Part shown: positions 39,501-57,500 of the stretch, one piece after another
How positions within the stretch are numbered: the stretch's first letter is position 1
How the letters are laid out: every line of letters begins with the position of its first letter
DNA from: Eledone cirrhosa
Taxonomy: Eukaryota
Direction of reading: 5' to 3'
Assembly (NCBI GenBank): GCA_964016885.1
Contig: OZ024743.1
Span: 5,890,001-5,954,000 of the forward strand
DNA length: 64,000 nucleotides
Position numbers and translations under genes: made by a program
The notes under the pieces: model-generated
Seen by the model: only the letters and a program-made list of their open reading frames with translations
Database searches by the model: none
Told to the model about the DNA's origin: nothing

Positions 39501-42500
39501 TCCCCACCATATAAACTGTATCCCCCACCATACTAACTGTATCCCCCACCATACTAACTGTATCCCCCACCATACTAACTGTATCCCCCACCATACTAAC
39601 TGTATCCCCACCATATAAACTGTATCCCCACCATACTAACTGTATCCCCCACCATATAAACTGTATCCCCCACCATACTAACTGTATCCCCCACCATACA
39701 AACTATATCCCCCCACCATACTAACTGTATCCCCCACCATACTAACTGTATCCCCCACCATACAAACTATATCCCCCACCATATAAACTATATCCCCCCA
39801 CCATACTAACTGTATCCCCCACCATACTAACTGTATCCCCCACCATACTAACTGTATCCCCCACCATACTAACTGTATCCCCCACCATACTAACTGTATC
39901 CCCCACCATATAAACTGTATCCCCACCATATAAACTATATCCCCCCACCATACTAACTGTATCCCCCACCATACTAACTGTATCCCCCACCATACTAACT
40001 GTATCCCCCACCATACTAACTGTATCCCCCACCATACAAACTATATCCCCCCACCATACTAACTGTATCCCCCACCATATAAACTGTAACCCCCACCATA
40101 CTAACTGTATCCCCCACCATATAAACTGTATCCCCACCATATAAACTGTATCCCCCACCATACTAACTGTATCCCCACCATACTAACTGTATCCCCCACC
40201 ATACTAACTGTATCCCCACCATATAAACTGTATCCCCCACCATATAAACTGTATCCCCCACCATATAAACTGTATCCCCCACCATACTAACTGTATCCCC
40301 CACCATACTAACTGTATCCCCCACCATACTAACTGTATCCCCCACCATACTAACTGTATCCCCCACCATACTAACTGTATCCCCCACCATACTAACTGTA
40401 TCCCTCACCATATAAACTGTATCCCCCACCATATAAACTGTATCCCCCACCATATAAACTGTATCCCCCACCATACTAACTGTATCCCCCACCATACAAA
40501 CTATATCCCCCCACCATACTAACTGTATCCCCCACCATATAAACTGTATCCCCCACCATACTAACTGTATCCCCCCACCATACTAACTGTATCCCCCACC
40601 ATACTAACTGTATCCCCCCACCATACTAACTGTATCCCCCACCATACTAACTGTATCCCCCACCATACTAACTGTATCCCTCACCATATAAACTGTATCC
40701 CCCACCATATAAACTGTATCCCCCACCATACTAACTGTATCCCCCCACCATACTAACTGTATCCCCCACCATACTAACTGTATCCCCCACCATACTAACT
40801 GTATCCCCCACCATACTAACTGTATCCCCCACCATACTAACTGTATCCCCCACCATACTAACTGTATCCCCCACCATACTAACTGTATCCCCCACCATAC
40901 TAACTGTATCCCCCACCATACTAACTGTATCCCTCACCATATAAACTGTATCCCCCACCATATAAACTATATCCCCCACCATACTAACTGTATCCCCCAC
41001 CATACTAACTGTATCCCCCACCATACTAACTGTATCCCCCACCATACTAACTGTATCCCTCACCATATAAACTGTATCCCCCACCATATAAACTGTATCC
41101 CCCACCATATAAACTGTATCCCCCACCATACTAAATGTATCCCCCACCATACTAACTGTATCCCCCACCATACTAACTGTATCCCCCCACCATACTAACT
41201 GTATCCCCCACCATACTAACTGTATCCCCCCACCATACTAACTGTATCCCCCACCATACTAACTGTATCCCCCACCATACTAACTGTATCCCCCACCATA
41301 CTAACTGTATCCCCCACCATACTAACTGTATCCCCCACCATACTAACTGTATCCCCCACCATACTAACTGTATCCCCCACCATACTAACTGTATCCCCCA
41401 CCATATAAACTATATCCCCCCACCATACTAACTGTATCCCCCACCATACTAACTGTATCCCCCACCATACTAACTGTATCCCTCACCATACTAACTGTAT
41501 CCCCCACCATACTAACTGTATCCCCCACCATACTAACTGTATCCCCCACCATACTAACTGTATCCCCCACCATACTAACTGTATCCCTCACCATATAAAC
41601 TGTATCCCCCACCATACTAACTGTATCCCCCACCATACTAACTGTATCCCCCACCATACTAACTGTATCCCTCACCATATAAACTGTATCCCCCACCATA
41701 CTAACTGTATCCCCCCACCATACTAACTGTATCCCCCACCATACTAACTGTATCCCCCACCATATAAACTGTATCTTCCACCATACTAACTGTATCCCCC
41801 ACCATACTAACTGTATCCCCCACCATACTAACTGTATCCCCCACCATACTAACTGTATCCCCCCACCATACTAACTGTATCCCCCACCATACTAACTGTA
41901 TCCCCCCACCATACTAACTGTATCCCCCACCATACTAACTGTATCCCCCACCATATAAACTGTATCCCCCACCATACTAACTGTATCCCCCACCATACAA
42001 ACTATATCCCCCCACCATACTAACTGTATCCCCCACCATACAAACTGTATCCCCCACCATACTAACTGTATCCCCCACCATATAAACTGTATCCCCCACC
42101 ATACTAACTGTATCCCCCCACCATACTAACTGTATCCCCCACCATACTAACTGTATCCCCCCACCATACTAACTGTATCCCCCACCATACTAACTGTATC
42201 CCCCACCATACTAACTGTATCCCCCACCATACAAACTGTATCCCCCACCATATAAACTGTATCCCCACCATACAAACTATATCCCCCCACCATACTAACT
42301 GTATCCCCCACCATACTAACTGTATCCCCCACCATATAAACTGTATCCCCCACCATATAAACTGTATCCCCACCATATAAACTGTATCCCCCACCATACA
42401 AACTATATCCCCCCACCATACTAACTGTATCCCCCACCATACTAACTGTATTCCCCACCATACAAACTGTATCCCCCACCATATAAACTGTATCCCCACC

Positions 42501-45500
42501 ATATAAACTATATCCCCCCACCATACTAACTGTATCCCCCACCATACTAACTGTATCCCCCACCATACTAACTGTATCCCCCACCATACAAACTATATCC
42601 CCCCACCATACTAACTGTATCCCCCACCATATAAACTGTATCCCCCACCATACTAACTGTATCCCCCACCATATAAACTGTATCCCCACCATATAAACTG
42701 TATCCCCCACCATACTAACTGTATCCCCCACCATACTAACTGTATCCCCCACCATACTAACTGTATCCCCACCATATAAACTGTATCCCCCACCATATAA
42801 ACTGTATCCCCCACCATATAAACTGTATCCCCCACCATACTAACTGTATCCCCCACCATATAAACTGTATCTCCCACCATACAAACTATATCCCCCCACC
42901 ATACTAACTGTATCCCCCACCATACTAACTGTATCCCCCACCATATAAACTGTATCCCCCACCATACTAACTGTATCCCCCACCATACAAACTATATCCC
43001 CCCACCATACTAACTGTATCCCCCACCATACTAACTGTATCCCCCACCATATAAACTGTATCCCCCACCATACTAACTGTATCCCCCACCATACAAACTA
43101 TATCCCCCCACCATACTAACTGTATCCCCCACCATATAAACTGTATCCCCCACCATACTAACTGCATCCCCCACCATACAAACTATATCCCCCCACCATA
43201 CTAACTGTATCCCCCACCATACTAACTGTATCCCCCACCATATAAACTGTATCCCCCACCATACTAACTGTATCCCCCACCATACAAACTATATCCCCCC
43301 ACCATACTAACTGTATCCCCCACCATACTAACTGTATCCCCCAACATACAAACTATATCCCCCACCATATAAACTATATCCCCCCACCATACTAACTGTA
43401 TCCCCCACCATACTAACTGTATCCCCCACCATACTAACTGTATCCCCCACCATACTAACTGTATCCCCCACCATACTAACTGTATCCCCCACCATATAAA
43501 CTATATCCCCCCACCATACTAACTGTATCCCACACCATACTAACTGTATCCCCCACCATACTAACTGTATCCCCCACCATACAAACTATATCCCCCCACC
43601 ATACTAACTGTATCCCCCACCATATAAACTGTATCCCCCACCATACTAACTGTATCCCCCACCATATAAACTGTATCCCCACCATATAAACTGTATCCCC
43701 CACCATACTAACTGTATCCCCCACCATACTAACTGTATCCCCCACCATACTAACTGTATCCCCCACCATACTAACTGTATCCCCACCATATAAACTGTAT
43801 CCCCCACCATATAAACTATCCCCCACCATATAAACTGTATCCCCCACCATACTAACTGTATCCCCCACCATACAAACTGTATCCCCCACCATATAAACTG
43901 TATCCCCACCATACAAACTATATCCCCCACCATACTAACTGTATCCCCCACCATACTAACTGTATCCCCCACCATATAAACTGTATCCCCCACCATATAA
44001 ACTGTATCCCCACCATATAAACTGTATCCCCCACCATACAAACTATATCCCCCCACCATACTAACTGTATCCCCCACCATACTAACTGTATCCCCCACCA
44101 TACAAACTGTATCCCCCACCATATAAACTGTATCCCCACCATATAAACTATATCCCCCCACCATACTAACTGTATCCCCCACCATACTAACTGTATCCCC
44201 CACCATACTAACTGTATCTCCCACCATACAAACTATATCCCCCCACCATACTAACTGTATCCCCCACCATATAAACTGTATCCCCCACCATACTAACTGT
44301 ATCCCCCACCATATAAACTGTATCCCCACCATATAAACTGTATCCCCCACCATACTAACTGTATCCCCCACCATACTAACTGTATCCCCCACCATACTAA
44401 CTGTATCCCCACCATATAAACTGTATCCCCCACCATATAAACTGTATCCCCCACCATATAAACTGTATCCCCCACCATACAAACTATATCCCCCCACCAT
44501 ACTAACTGTATCCCCCACCATATAAACTGTATCCCCCACCATACTAACTGTATCCCCCACCATACTAACTGTATCCCCACCATATAAACTGTATCCCCCA
44601 CCATACTAACTGTATCCCCCACCATACTAACTGTATCCCCCACCATACTAACTGTATCCCCACCATATAAACTGTATCCCCCACCATATAAACTGTATCC
44701 CCCACCATATAAACTGTATCCCCCACCATACAAACTATATCCCCCCACCATACTAACTGTATCCCCCACAATATAAACTGTATCCCCCACCATACTAACT
44801 GTATCCCCCACCATATAAACTGTATCTCCCACCATACAAACTATATCCCCCCACCATACTAACTGTATCCCCCAGCATACTAACTGTATCCCCCACCATA
44901 TAAACTGTATCCCCCACCATACTAACTGTATCCCCCACCATACAAACTATATCCCCCCACCATACTAACTGTATCCCCCACCATACTAACTGTATCCCCC
45001 ACCATATAAACTGTATCCCCCACCATACTAACTGTATCCCCCACCATACAAAGTATATCCCCCCACCATACTAACTGTATCCCCCACCATATAAACTGTA
45101 TCCCCCACCATACTAACTGTATCCCCCACCATACAAACTATATCCCCCCACCATACTAACTGTATCCCCCACCATACTAACTGTATCCCCCACCATATAA
45201 ACTGTATCCCCCACCATACTAACTGTATCCCCCACCATACAAACTATATCCCCCCACCATACTAACTGTATCCCCCACCATACTAACTGTATCCCCCAAC
45301 ATACAAACTATATCCCCCACCATATAAACTATATCCCCCCACCATACTAACTGTATCCCCCACCATACTAACTGTATCCCCCACCATACTAACTGTATCC
45401 CCCACCATACTAACTGTATCCCCCACCATATAAACTATATCCCCCCACCATACTAACTGTATCCCCCACCATACTAACTGTATCCCCCACCATACTAACT

Positions 45501-48500
45501 GTATCTCCCACCATACAAACTATATCCCCCCACCATACTAACTGTATCCCCCACCATATAAACTGTATCCCCCACCATACTAACTGTATCCCCCACCATA
45601 TAAACTGTATCCCCACCATATAAACTGTATCCCCCACCATACTAACTGTATCCCCCACCATACTAACTGTATCCCCCACCATACTAACTGTATCCCCACC
45701 ATATAAACTGTATCCCCCACCATATAAACTGTATCCCCCACCATATAAACTGTATCCCCCACCATACAAACTATATCCCCCCACCATACTAACTGTATCC
45801 CCCACCATATAAACTGTATCCCCCACCATACTAACTGTATCCCCCACCATACTAACTGTATCCCCCACCATACTAACTGTATCCCCACCATATAAACTGT
45901 ATCCCCCACCATACTAACCGTATCCCCACCATATAAACTGTATCCCCCACCATACTAACTGTATCCCCCACCATACAAACTATATCCCCCCACCATACTA
46001 ACTGTATCCCCCACCATATAAACTGTATCCCCCACCATACTAACTGTATCCGCCACCATATAAACTGTATCCCCACCATATAAACTGTATCCCCCACCAT
46101 ACTAACTGTATCCCCCACCATACTAACTGTATCCCCCACCATACTAACTGTATCCCCACCATATAAACTGTATCCCCCACCATATAAACTGTATCCCCCA
46201 CCATATAAACTGTATCCCCCACCATACAAACTATATCCCCCCACCATACTAACTGTATCCCCCACCATATAAACTGTATCCCCCACCATACTAACTGTAT
46301 CCCCCACCATACTAACTGTATCCCCCACCATACTAACTGTATCCCCACCATATAAACTGTATCCCCCACCATACTAACTGTATCCCCCACCATACTAACT
46401 GTATCCCCCACCATACTAACTGTATCCCCACCATATAAACTGTATCCCCCACCATATAAACTGTATCCCCCACCATATAAACTGTATCCCCCACCATACA
46501 AACTATATCCCCCCACCATACTAACTGTATCCCCCACAATATAAACTATCCCCCACCATACTAACTGTATCCCCCACCATATAAACTGTATCTCCCACCA
46601 TACAAACTATATCCCCCACCATACTAACTGTATCCCCCAGCATACTAACTGTATCCCCCACCATATAAACTGTATCCCCCACCATACTAACTGTATCCCC
46701 CACCATACAAACTATATCCCCCCACCATACTAACTGTATCCCCCACCATACTAACTGTATCCCCCACCATATAAACTGTATCCCCCACCATACTAACTGT
46801 ATCCCCCACCATACAAAGTATATCCCCCCACCATACTAACTGTATCCCCCACCATATAAACTGTATCCCCCACCATACTAACTGTATCCCCCACCATACA
46901 AACTATATCCCCCCACCATACTAACTGTATCCCCCACCATACTAACTGTATCCCCCACCATATAAACTGTATCCCCCACCATACTAACTGTATCCCCCAC
47001 CATACAAACTATATCCCCCCACCATACTAACTGTATCCCCCACCATACTAACTGTATCCCCCAACATACAAACTATATCCCCCACCATATAAACTATATC
47101 CCCCCACCATACTAACTGTATCCCCCACCATACTAACTGTATCCCCCACCATACTAACTGTATCCCCCACCATACTAACTGTATCCCCCACCATATAAAC
47201 TATATCCCCCCACCATACTAACTGTATCCCCCACCATACTAACTGTATCCCCCACCATACAAACTATATCCCCCACCATACTAACTGTATCCCCCACCAT
47301 ATAAACTGTATCCCCCACCATACTAACTGTATCCCCCACCATATAGACTGTATCCCCACCATATAAACTGTATCCCCCACCATACTAACTGTATCCCCCA
47401 CCATACTAACTGTATCCCCCACCATACTAACTGTATCCCCACCATATAAACTGTATCCCCCACCATATAAACTGTATCCCCCACCATATAAACTGTATCC
47501 CCCACCATACTAACTGTATCCCCCACCATACTAACTGTATCCCCACCATATAAACTGTATCCCCCACCATATAAACTGTATCCCCCACCATATAAACTGT
47601 ATCCCCCACCATACTAACTGTATCCCCCACCATACTAACTGTATCCCCCACCATACTAACTGTATCCCCCACCATACTAACTGTATCCCTCACCATATAA
47701 ACTGTATCCCTCACCATATAAACTATATCCCCCACCATATAAACTGTATCCCCCACCATATAAACTGTATCCCCCACCATATAAACTGTATCCCCCACCA
47801 TATAAACTGTATCCCCCACCATATAAACTATATCCCCCACCATATAAACTGTATCCCCCACCATACTAACTGTATCCCTCACCATATAAACTGTATCCCC
47901 CACCATATAAACTATATCCCCCACCATATAAACTGTATCCCCCACCATACAAACTATATCCCCCCACCATACTAACTGTATCCCCCACCATATAAACTGT
48001 ATCCCCCACCATACTAACTGTATCCCCCCACCATACTAACTGTATCCCCCCACCATACTAACTGTATCCCCCACCATACTAACTGTATCCCCCACCATAT
48101 AAACTGTATCCCCCACCATACAAACTATATCCCCCCACCATACTAACTGTATCCCCCACCATATAAACTGTATCCCCACCATATAAACTGTATCCCCCAC
48201 CATACTAACTGTATCCCCCACCATACTAACTGTATCCCCCACCATACTAACTGTATCCCCACCATATAAACTGTATCCCCCACCATATAAACTGTATCCC
48301 CCACCATATAAACTGTATCCCCCACCATACAAACTATATCCCCCCACCATACTAACTGTATCCCCCACCATATAAACTGTATCCCCCACCATACTAACTG
48401 TATCCCCCACCATACTAACTGTATCCCCACCATATAAACTGTATCCCCCACCATACTAACTGTATCCCCCACCATACTAACTGTATCCCCCACCATACTA

Positions 48501-51500
48501 ACTGTATCCCCACCATATAAACTGTATCCCCCACCATATAAACTGTATCCCCCACCATATAAACTGTATCCCCCACCATACAAACTATATCCCCCCACCA
48601 TACTAACTGTATCCCCCACAATATAAACTGTATCCCCCACCATACTAACTGTATCCCCCACCATATAAACTGTATCTCCCACCATACAAACTATATCCCC
48701 CCACCATACTAACTGTATCCCCCAGCATACTAACTGTATCCCCCACCATATAAACTGTATCCCCCACCATACTAACTGTATCCCCCACCATACAAACTAT
48801 ATCCCCCCACCATACTAACTGTATCCCCCACCATACTAACTGTATCCCCCACCATATAAACTGTATCCCCCACCATACTAACTGTATCCCCCACCATACA
48901 AAGTATATCCCCCACCATACTAACTGTATCCCCCACCATATAAACTGTATCCCCCACCATACTAACTGTATCCCCCACCATACAAACTATATCCCCCCAC
49001 CATACTAACTGTATCCCCCACCATAGTAACTGTATCCCCCACCATATAAACTGTATCCCCCACCATACTAACTGTATCCCCCACCATACAAACTATATCC
49101 CCCCACCATACTAACTGTATCCCCCACCATACTAACTGTATCCCCCAACATACAAACTATATCCCCCACCATATAAACTATATCCCCCCACCATACTAAC
49201 TGTATCCCCCACCATACTAACTGTATCCCCCACCATACTAACTGTATCCCCCACCATACTAACTGTATCCCCCACCATATAAACTATATCCCCCCACCAT
49301 ACTAACTGTATCCCCCACCATACTAACTGTATCCCCCACCATACAAACTATATCCCCCCACCATACTAACTGTATCCCCCACCATATAAACTGTATCCCC
49401 CACCATACTAACTGTATCCCCCACCATATAAACTGTATCCCCACCATATAAACTGTATCCCCCACCATACTAACTGTATCCCCCACCATACTAACTGTAT
49501 CCCCCACCATACTAACTGTATCCCCACCATATAAACTGTATCCCCCACCATATAAACTGTATCCCCCACCATATAAACTGTATCCCCCACCATACTAACT
49601 GTATCCCCCACCATACTAACTGTATCCCTCACCATATAAACTGTATCCCCCACCATATAAACTATATCCCCCACCATATAAACTGTATCCCCCACCATAT
49701 AAACTGTATCCCCCACCATATAAACTGTATCCCCCACCATATAAACTGTATCCCCCACCATATAAACTATATCCCCCACCATATAAACTGTATCCCCCAC
49801 CATACTAACTGTATCCCTCACCATATAAACTGTATCCCCCACCATATAAACTATATCCCCCCACCATACTAACTGTATCCCCCACCATATAAACTGTATC
49901 CCCCACCATACTAACTGTATCCCCCCACCATACTAACTGTATCCCCCCACCATACTAACTGTATCCCCCACCATACTAACTGTATCCCCCACCATATAAA
50001 CTGTATCCCCCACCATACAAACTATATCCCCCCACCATACTAACTGTATCCCCCACCATATAAACTGTATCCCCCACCATACTAACTGTATCCCCCCACC
50101 ATACTAACTGTATCCCCCACCATACTAACTGTATCCCCCACCATATAAACTGTATCCCCCACCATACAAACTATATCCCCCCACCATACTAACTGTATCC
50201 CCCACCATATAAACTGTATCCCCCACCATACTAACTGTATCCCCCCACCATACTAACTGTATCCCCCCACCATACTAACTGTATCCCCCCACCATACTAA
50301 CTGTATCCCCCACCATACTAACTGTATCCCCCACCATATAAACTATATCCCCCACCATATAAACTGTATCCCCCACCATACAAACTATATCCCCCCACCA
50401 TACTAACTGTATCCCCCACCATATAAACTGTATCCCCCACCATACAAACTATATCCCCCCACCATACTAAATGTATCCCCCACCATACTAACTGTATCCC
50501 CCACCATATAAACTGTATCCCCACCATATAAACTATATCCCCCCACCATACTAACTGTATCCCCCACCATACTAACTGTATCCCCCCACCATACTAACTG
50601 TATCCCCCACCATACTAACTGTATCCCCCACCATACTAACTGTATCCCCCACCATATAAACTGTATCCCCACCATATAAACTGTATCCCCCTCCATACTA
50701 ACTGTATCCCCCACCATACTAACTGTATCCCCCACCATACTAACTGTATCCCCCACCATATAAACTGTATCCCCCACCATACTAACTGTATCCCCCACCA
50801 TACTAACTGTATCCCCCACCATACTAACTGTATCCCCCCACCATACTAACTGTATCCCCCACCATACTAACTGTATCCCCCACCATACTAACTGTATCCC
50901 CCACCATACTAACTGTATCCCCCACCATACTAACTGTATCCCCCCACCATACAAACTATATCCACCCACCATACTAACTGTATCCCCCACCATACTAACT
51001 GTATCCTCCACCATACAAACTGTATCCCCCACCATATAAACTGTATCCCCACCATATAAATTATATCCCCCCACCATACTAACTGTATCCCCCACCATAC
51101 TAACTGTATCCCCAACCATACTAACTGTATCCCCCACCATATAAACTGTATCCCCACCATACTAACTGTATCCCCCACCATACTAACTGTATCCCCACCA
51201 TATAAACTGTATCCCCCACCATATAAACTGTATCCCCCACCATACTAACTGTATCCCCCACCATACTAACTGTATCCCCCACCATACTAACTGTATCCCC
51301 CACCAGACTAACTGTATCCCCCACCATACTAACTGTATCCCTCACCATACTAACTGTATCCCCACCATATAAACTATATCCCCCACCATATAAACTGTAT
51401 CCCCCACCATATAAACTGTATCCCCCACCATACTAACTGTATCCCCCACCATACTAACTGTATCCCCCACCATATAAACTGTATCCCCCACCATACTAAC

Positions 51501-54500
51501 TGTATCCCCCACCATACTAACTGTATCCCCCACCATATAAACTGTATCCCCCACCATACTAACTGTATACCCCACCATATAAACTGTATCCCCCACCATA
51601 CTAACTGTATCCCCCACCATACTAACTGTATCCCCCACCATATAAACTGTATCCCCCACCATATAAACTGTATCCCCCACCATACTAACTGTATCCCCCA
51701 CCATACTAACTGTATCCCCCACCATATAAACTGTATCCCCCACCATACTAACTGTATCCCCCACCATACTAACTGTATCCCCCACCATATAAACTGTATC
51801 CCCCACCATACTAACTGTATACCCCACCATATAAACTGTATCCCCCACCATACTAACTGTATCCCCCACCATACTAACTGTATCCCCCACCATATAAACT
51901 GTATCCCCCACCATATAAACTGTATCCCCCACCATACTAACTGTATCCCCCACCATACTAACTGTATCCCCCACCATATAAACTGTATCCCCCACCATAC
52001 TAACTGTATCCCTCACCATACTAACTGTATCCCCCACCATATAAACTGTATCCCCCACCATACTAACTGTATCCCCCACCATATAAACTGTATCCCCCAC
52101 CATACTAACTGTATCCCCCACCATAAAAATTGTATCCCCCACCATACTAACTGTATCTCCCACCATACTAACTGTATCCCCCACCATATAAACTGTATCC
52201 CCCACCATACTAACTGTATCCCCCACCATATGAACTGTATCCCCCACCATACTAACTGTATCCCCCACCATATAAACTGTATCCCCCACCATACTAACTG
52301 TATCCCCCACCATACTAACTGTATCCCCCACCATATAAACTGTATCCCCCACCATACTAACTGTATCCCCCACCATATAAACTGTATCCCCCACCATACA
52401 AACTATATCCCCCACCATATAAACTGTATCCCCACCATATAAACTGTATCCCCCACCATATAAACTGTATCCCCCACCATATAAACTGTATCCCCCACCA
52501 TATAAACTGTATCCCCCACCATACTAACTGTATCCCCCACCATACTAACTGTATCCCCCACCATATAAACTGTATCCCCCACCATATAAACTGTATCCCC
52601 CACCATATAAACTGTATCCCCCACCATACTAACTGTATCCCCCACCATACTAACTGTATCCCCCACCATACTAACTGTATCCCCCACCATATAAACTGTA
52701 TCCCCCACCATATAAACTGTATCCCCCACCATACTAACTGTATCCCCCACCATACTAACTGTATCCCCCACCATATAAACTGTATCCCCCACCATACTAA
52801 CTGTATCCCCCACCATACTAACTGTATCCCCCACCATATAAACTGTATCCCCCACCATACTAACTGTATCCCCCACCATACTAACTGTATCCCCCACCAT
52901 ACTAACTGTATCCCTCACCATACTAACTGTATCCCCCACCATATAAACTGTATCCCCCACCATACTAACTGTATCCCCCACCATACTAACTGTATCCCCC
53001 ACCATACTAACTGTATCCCCCACCATATAAACTGTATCCCCCACCATGTAAACTGTATCCCCACCATACTAACTGTATCCCCCACCATACTAACTGTATC
53101 CCCCACCATATAAACTGTATCCCCCACCATATAAACTGTATCCCCCACCATACTAACTGTATCCCCCACCATACTAACTGTATCCCCCACCATACTAACT
53201 GTATCCCCCACCATATAAATTGTATCCCCCACCATATAAACTATATCCCTCACCATACTAACTGTATCCCCCACCATACTAACTGTATCCCCCACCATAC
53301 TAACTGTATCCCTCACCATACTAACTGTATCCCCCACCATATAAACTGTATCCCCCACCATACTAACTGTATCCCCCACCATATAAACTGTATCCCTCAC
53401 CATACTAACTGTATCCCCCACCATATAAACTGTATCCCCCACCATATAAACTGTATCCCCCACCATACTAACTGTATCCCCCACCATACTAACTGTATCC
53501 CCCACTATATAACTGTATCCCCCACCATATAAACTGTATCCCCCACCATACTAACTGTATCCCCCACCATACTAACTGTATCCCCCACCATATAAACTGT
53601 ATCCCCCACCATATAAACGGTATCCCCCACCATACTAACTGTATCCCCCACCATACTAACTGTATCCCCCACCATATAAACTGTATCCCCCACCATATAA
53701 ACTGTATCCCCCACCATATAAACTGTATCCCCCACCATACTAACTGTATCCCCCACCATACTAACTGTATCCCCCACCATATAAACTGTATCCCCCACCA
53801 TATAAACTGTATCCCCACCATACTAACTGTATCCCCCACCATACTAACTGTATCCCCCACCATATAAACTGTATCCCCCACCATATAAACTGTATCCCCC
53901 ACCATACTAACTGTATCCCCCACCATACTAACTGTATCCCCCACCATACTAACTGTATCCCCCACCATATAAACTGTATCCCCCACCATACAAACTATAT
54001 CCCCCCACCATACTAACTGTATCCCCCACCATATAAACTGTATCCCCCACCATACTAACTGTATCCCCCCACCATACTAACTGTATCCCCCCACCATACT
54101 AACTGTATCCCCCCACCATACTAACTGTATCCCCCACCATACTAACTGTATCCCCCACCATATAAACTATATCCCCCACCATATAAACTGTATCCCCCAC
54201 CATACAAACTATATCCCCCCACCATACTAACTGTATCCCCCACCATATAAAATGTATCCCCCACCATACTAACTGTATCCCCCCACCATACTAACTGTAT
54301 CCCCCACCATATAAACTGTATCCCCCACCATACAAACTATATCCCCCCACCATACTAAATGTATCCCCCACCATACTAACTGTATCCCCCACCATATAAA
54401 CTGTATCCCCACCATATAAACTATATCCCCCCACCATACTAACTGTATCCCCCACCATACTAACTGTATCCCCCCACCATACTAACTGTATCCCCCACCA

Positions 54501-57500
54501 TACTAACTGTACCCCCCACCATACTAACTGTATCCCCCACCATATAAACTGTATCCCCACCATATAAACTGTATCCCCCTCCATACTAACTGTATCCCCC
54601 ACCATACTAACTGTATCCCCCACCATACTAACTGTATCCCCCACCATACTAACTGTATCCCCCCACCATACTAACTGTATCCCCCACCATACTAACTGTA
54701 TCCCCCACCATACTAACTGTATCCCCCACCATACTAACTGTATCCCCCCACCATACAAACTATATCCCCCCACCATACTAACTGTATCCCCCACCATACT
54801 AACTGTATCCCCCACCATACAAACTGTATCCCCCACCATATAAACTGTATCCCCACCATATAAACTATATCCCCCCACCATACTAACTGTATCCCCCACC
54901 ATACTAACTGTATCCCCCACCATACTAACTGTATCCCCCACCATATAAACTGTATCCCCACCATACTAACTGTATCCCCCACCATACTAACTGTATCCCC
55001 ACCATATAAACTGTATCCCCCACCATACTAACTGTATCCCTCACCATACTAACTGTATCCCCACCATATAAACTGTATCCCCCACCATATAAACTGTATC
55101 CCCCACCATATAAACTGTATCCCCCACCATACTAACTGTATCCCCCACCATACTAACTGTATCCCTCACCATATAAACTGTATCCCCCACCATATAAACT
55201 ATATCCCCCACCATATAAACTGTATCCCCCACCATATAAACTGTATCCCCCACCATATAAACTGTATCCCCCACCATATAAACTGTATCCCCCACCATAT
55301 AAACTATATCCCCCACCATATAAACTGTATCCCCCACCATACTAACTGTATCCCTCACCATATAAACTGTATCCCCCACCATATAAACTATATCCCCCAC
55401 CATATAAACTGTATCCCCCACCATACAAACTATATCCCCCCACCATACTAACTGTATCCCCCACCATATAAACTGTATCCCCCACCATACTAACTGTATC
55501 CCCCCACCATACTAACTGTATCCCCCCACCATACTAACTGTATCCCCCACCATACTAACTGTATCCCCCACCATATAAACTGTATCCCCCACCATACAAA
55601 CTATATCCCCCCACCATACTAACTGTATCCCCCACCATATAAACTGTATCCCCCACCATACTAACTGTATCCCCCCACCATACTAACTGTATCCCCCACC
55701 ATACTAACTGTATCCCCCACCATATAAACTGTATCCCCCACCATACAAACTATATCCCCCCACCATACTAACTGTATCCCCCACCATATAAACTGTATCC
55801 CCCACCATACTAACTGTATCCCCCCACCATACTAACTGTATCCCCCCACCATACTAACTGTATCCCCCCACCATACTAACTGTATCCCCCACCATACTAA
55901 CTGTATCCCCCACCATATAAACTATATCCCCCACCATATAAACTGTATCCCCCACCATACAAACTATATCCCCCCACCATACTAACTGTATCCCCCACCA
56001 TATAAACTGTATCCCCCACCATACAAACTATATCCCCCCACCATACTAAATGTATCCCCCACCATACTAACTGTATCCCCCACCATATAAACTGTATCCC
56101 CACCATATAAACTATATCCCCCCACCATACTAACTGTATCCCCCACCATACTAACTGTATCCCCCCACCATACTAACTGTATCCCCCACCATACTAACTG
56201 TATCCCCCACCATACTAACTGTATCCCCCACCATATAAACTGTATCCCCACCATATAAACTGTATCCCCCTCCATACTAACTGTATCCCCCACCATACTA
56301 ACTGTATCCCCCACCATACTAACTGTATCCCCCACCATATAAACTGTATCCCCCACCATACTAACTGTATCCCCCACCATACTAACTGTATCCCCCACCA
56401 TACTAACTGTATCCCCCCACCATACTAACTGTATCCCCCACCATACTAACTGTATCCCCCACCATACTAACTGTATCCCCCACCATACTAACTGTATCCC
56501 CCACCATACTAACTGTATCCCCCCACCATACAAACTATATCCACCCACCATACTAACTGTATCCCCCACCATACTAACTGTATCCTCCACCATACAAACT
56601 GTATCCCCCACCATATAAACTGTATCCCCACCATATAAATTATATCCCCCCACCATACTAACTGTATCCCCCACCATACTAACTGTATCCCCAACCATAC
56701 TAACTGTATCCCCCACCATATAAACTGTATCCCCACCATACTAACTGTATCCCCCACCATACTAACTGTATCCCCACCATATAAACTGTATCCCCCACCA
56801 TATAAACTGTATCCCCCACCATACTAACTGTATCCCCCACCATACTAACTGTATCCCCCACCATACTAACTGTATCCCCCACCAGACTAACTGTATCCCC
56901 CACCATACTAACTGTATCCCTCACCATACTAACTGTATCCCCACCATATAAACTATATCCCCCACCATATAAACTGTATCCCCCACCATATAAACTGTAT
57001 CCCCCACCATACTAACTGTATCCCCCACCATACTAACTGTATCCCCCACCATATAAACTGTATCCCCCACCATACTAACTGTATCCCCCACCATACTAAC
57101 TGTATCCCCCACCATATAAACTGTATCCCCCACCATACTAACTGTATACCCCACCATATAAACTGTATCCCCCACCATACTAACTGTATCCCCCACCATA
57201 CTAACTGTATCCCCCACCATATAAACTGTATCCCCCACCATATAAACTGTATCCCCCACCATACTAACTGTATCCCCCACCATACTAACTGTATCCCCCA
57301 CCATATAAACTGTATCCCCCACCATACTAACTGTATCCCCCACCATACTAACTGTATCCCCCACCATATAAACTGTATCCCCCACCATACTAACTGTATA
57401 CCCCACCATATAAACTGTATCCCCCACCATACTAACTGTATCCCCCACCATACTAACTGTATCCCCCACCATATAAACTGTATCCCCCACCATATAAACT

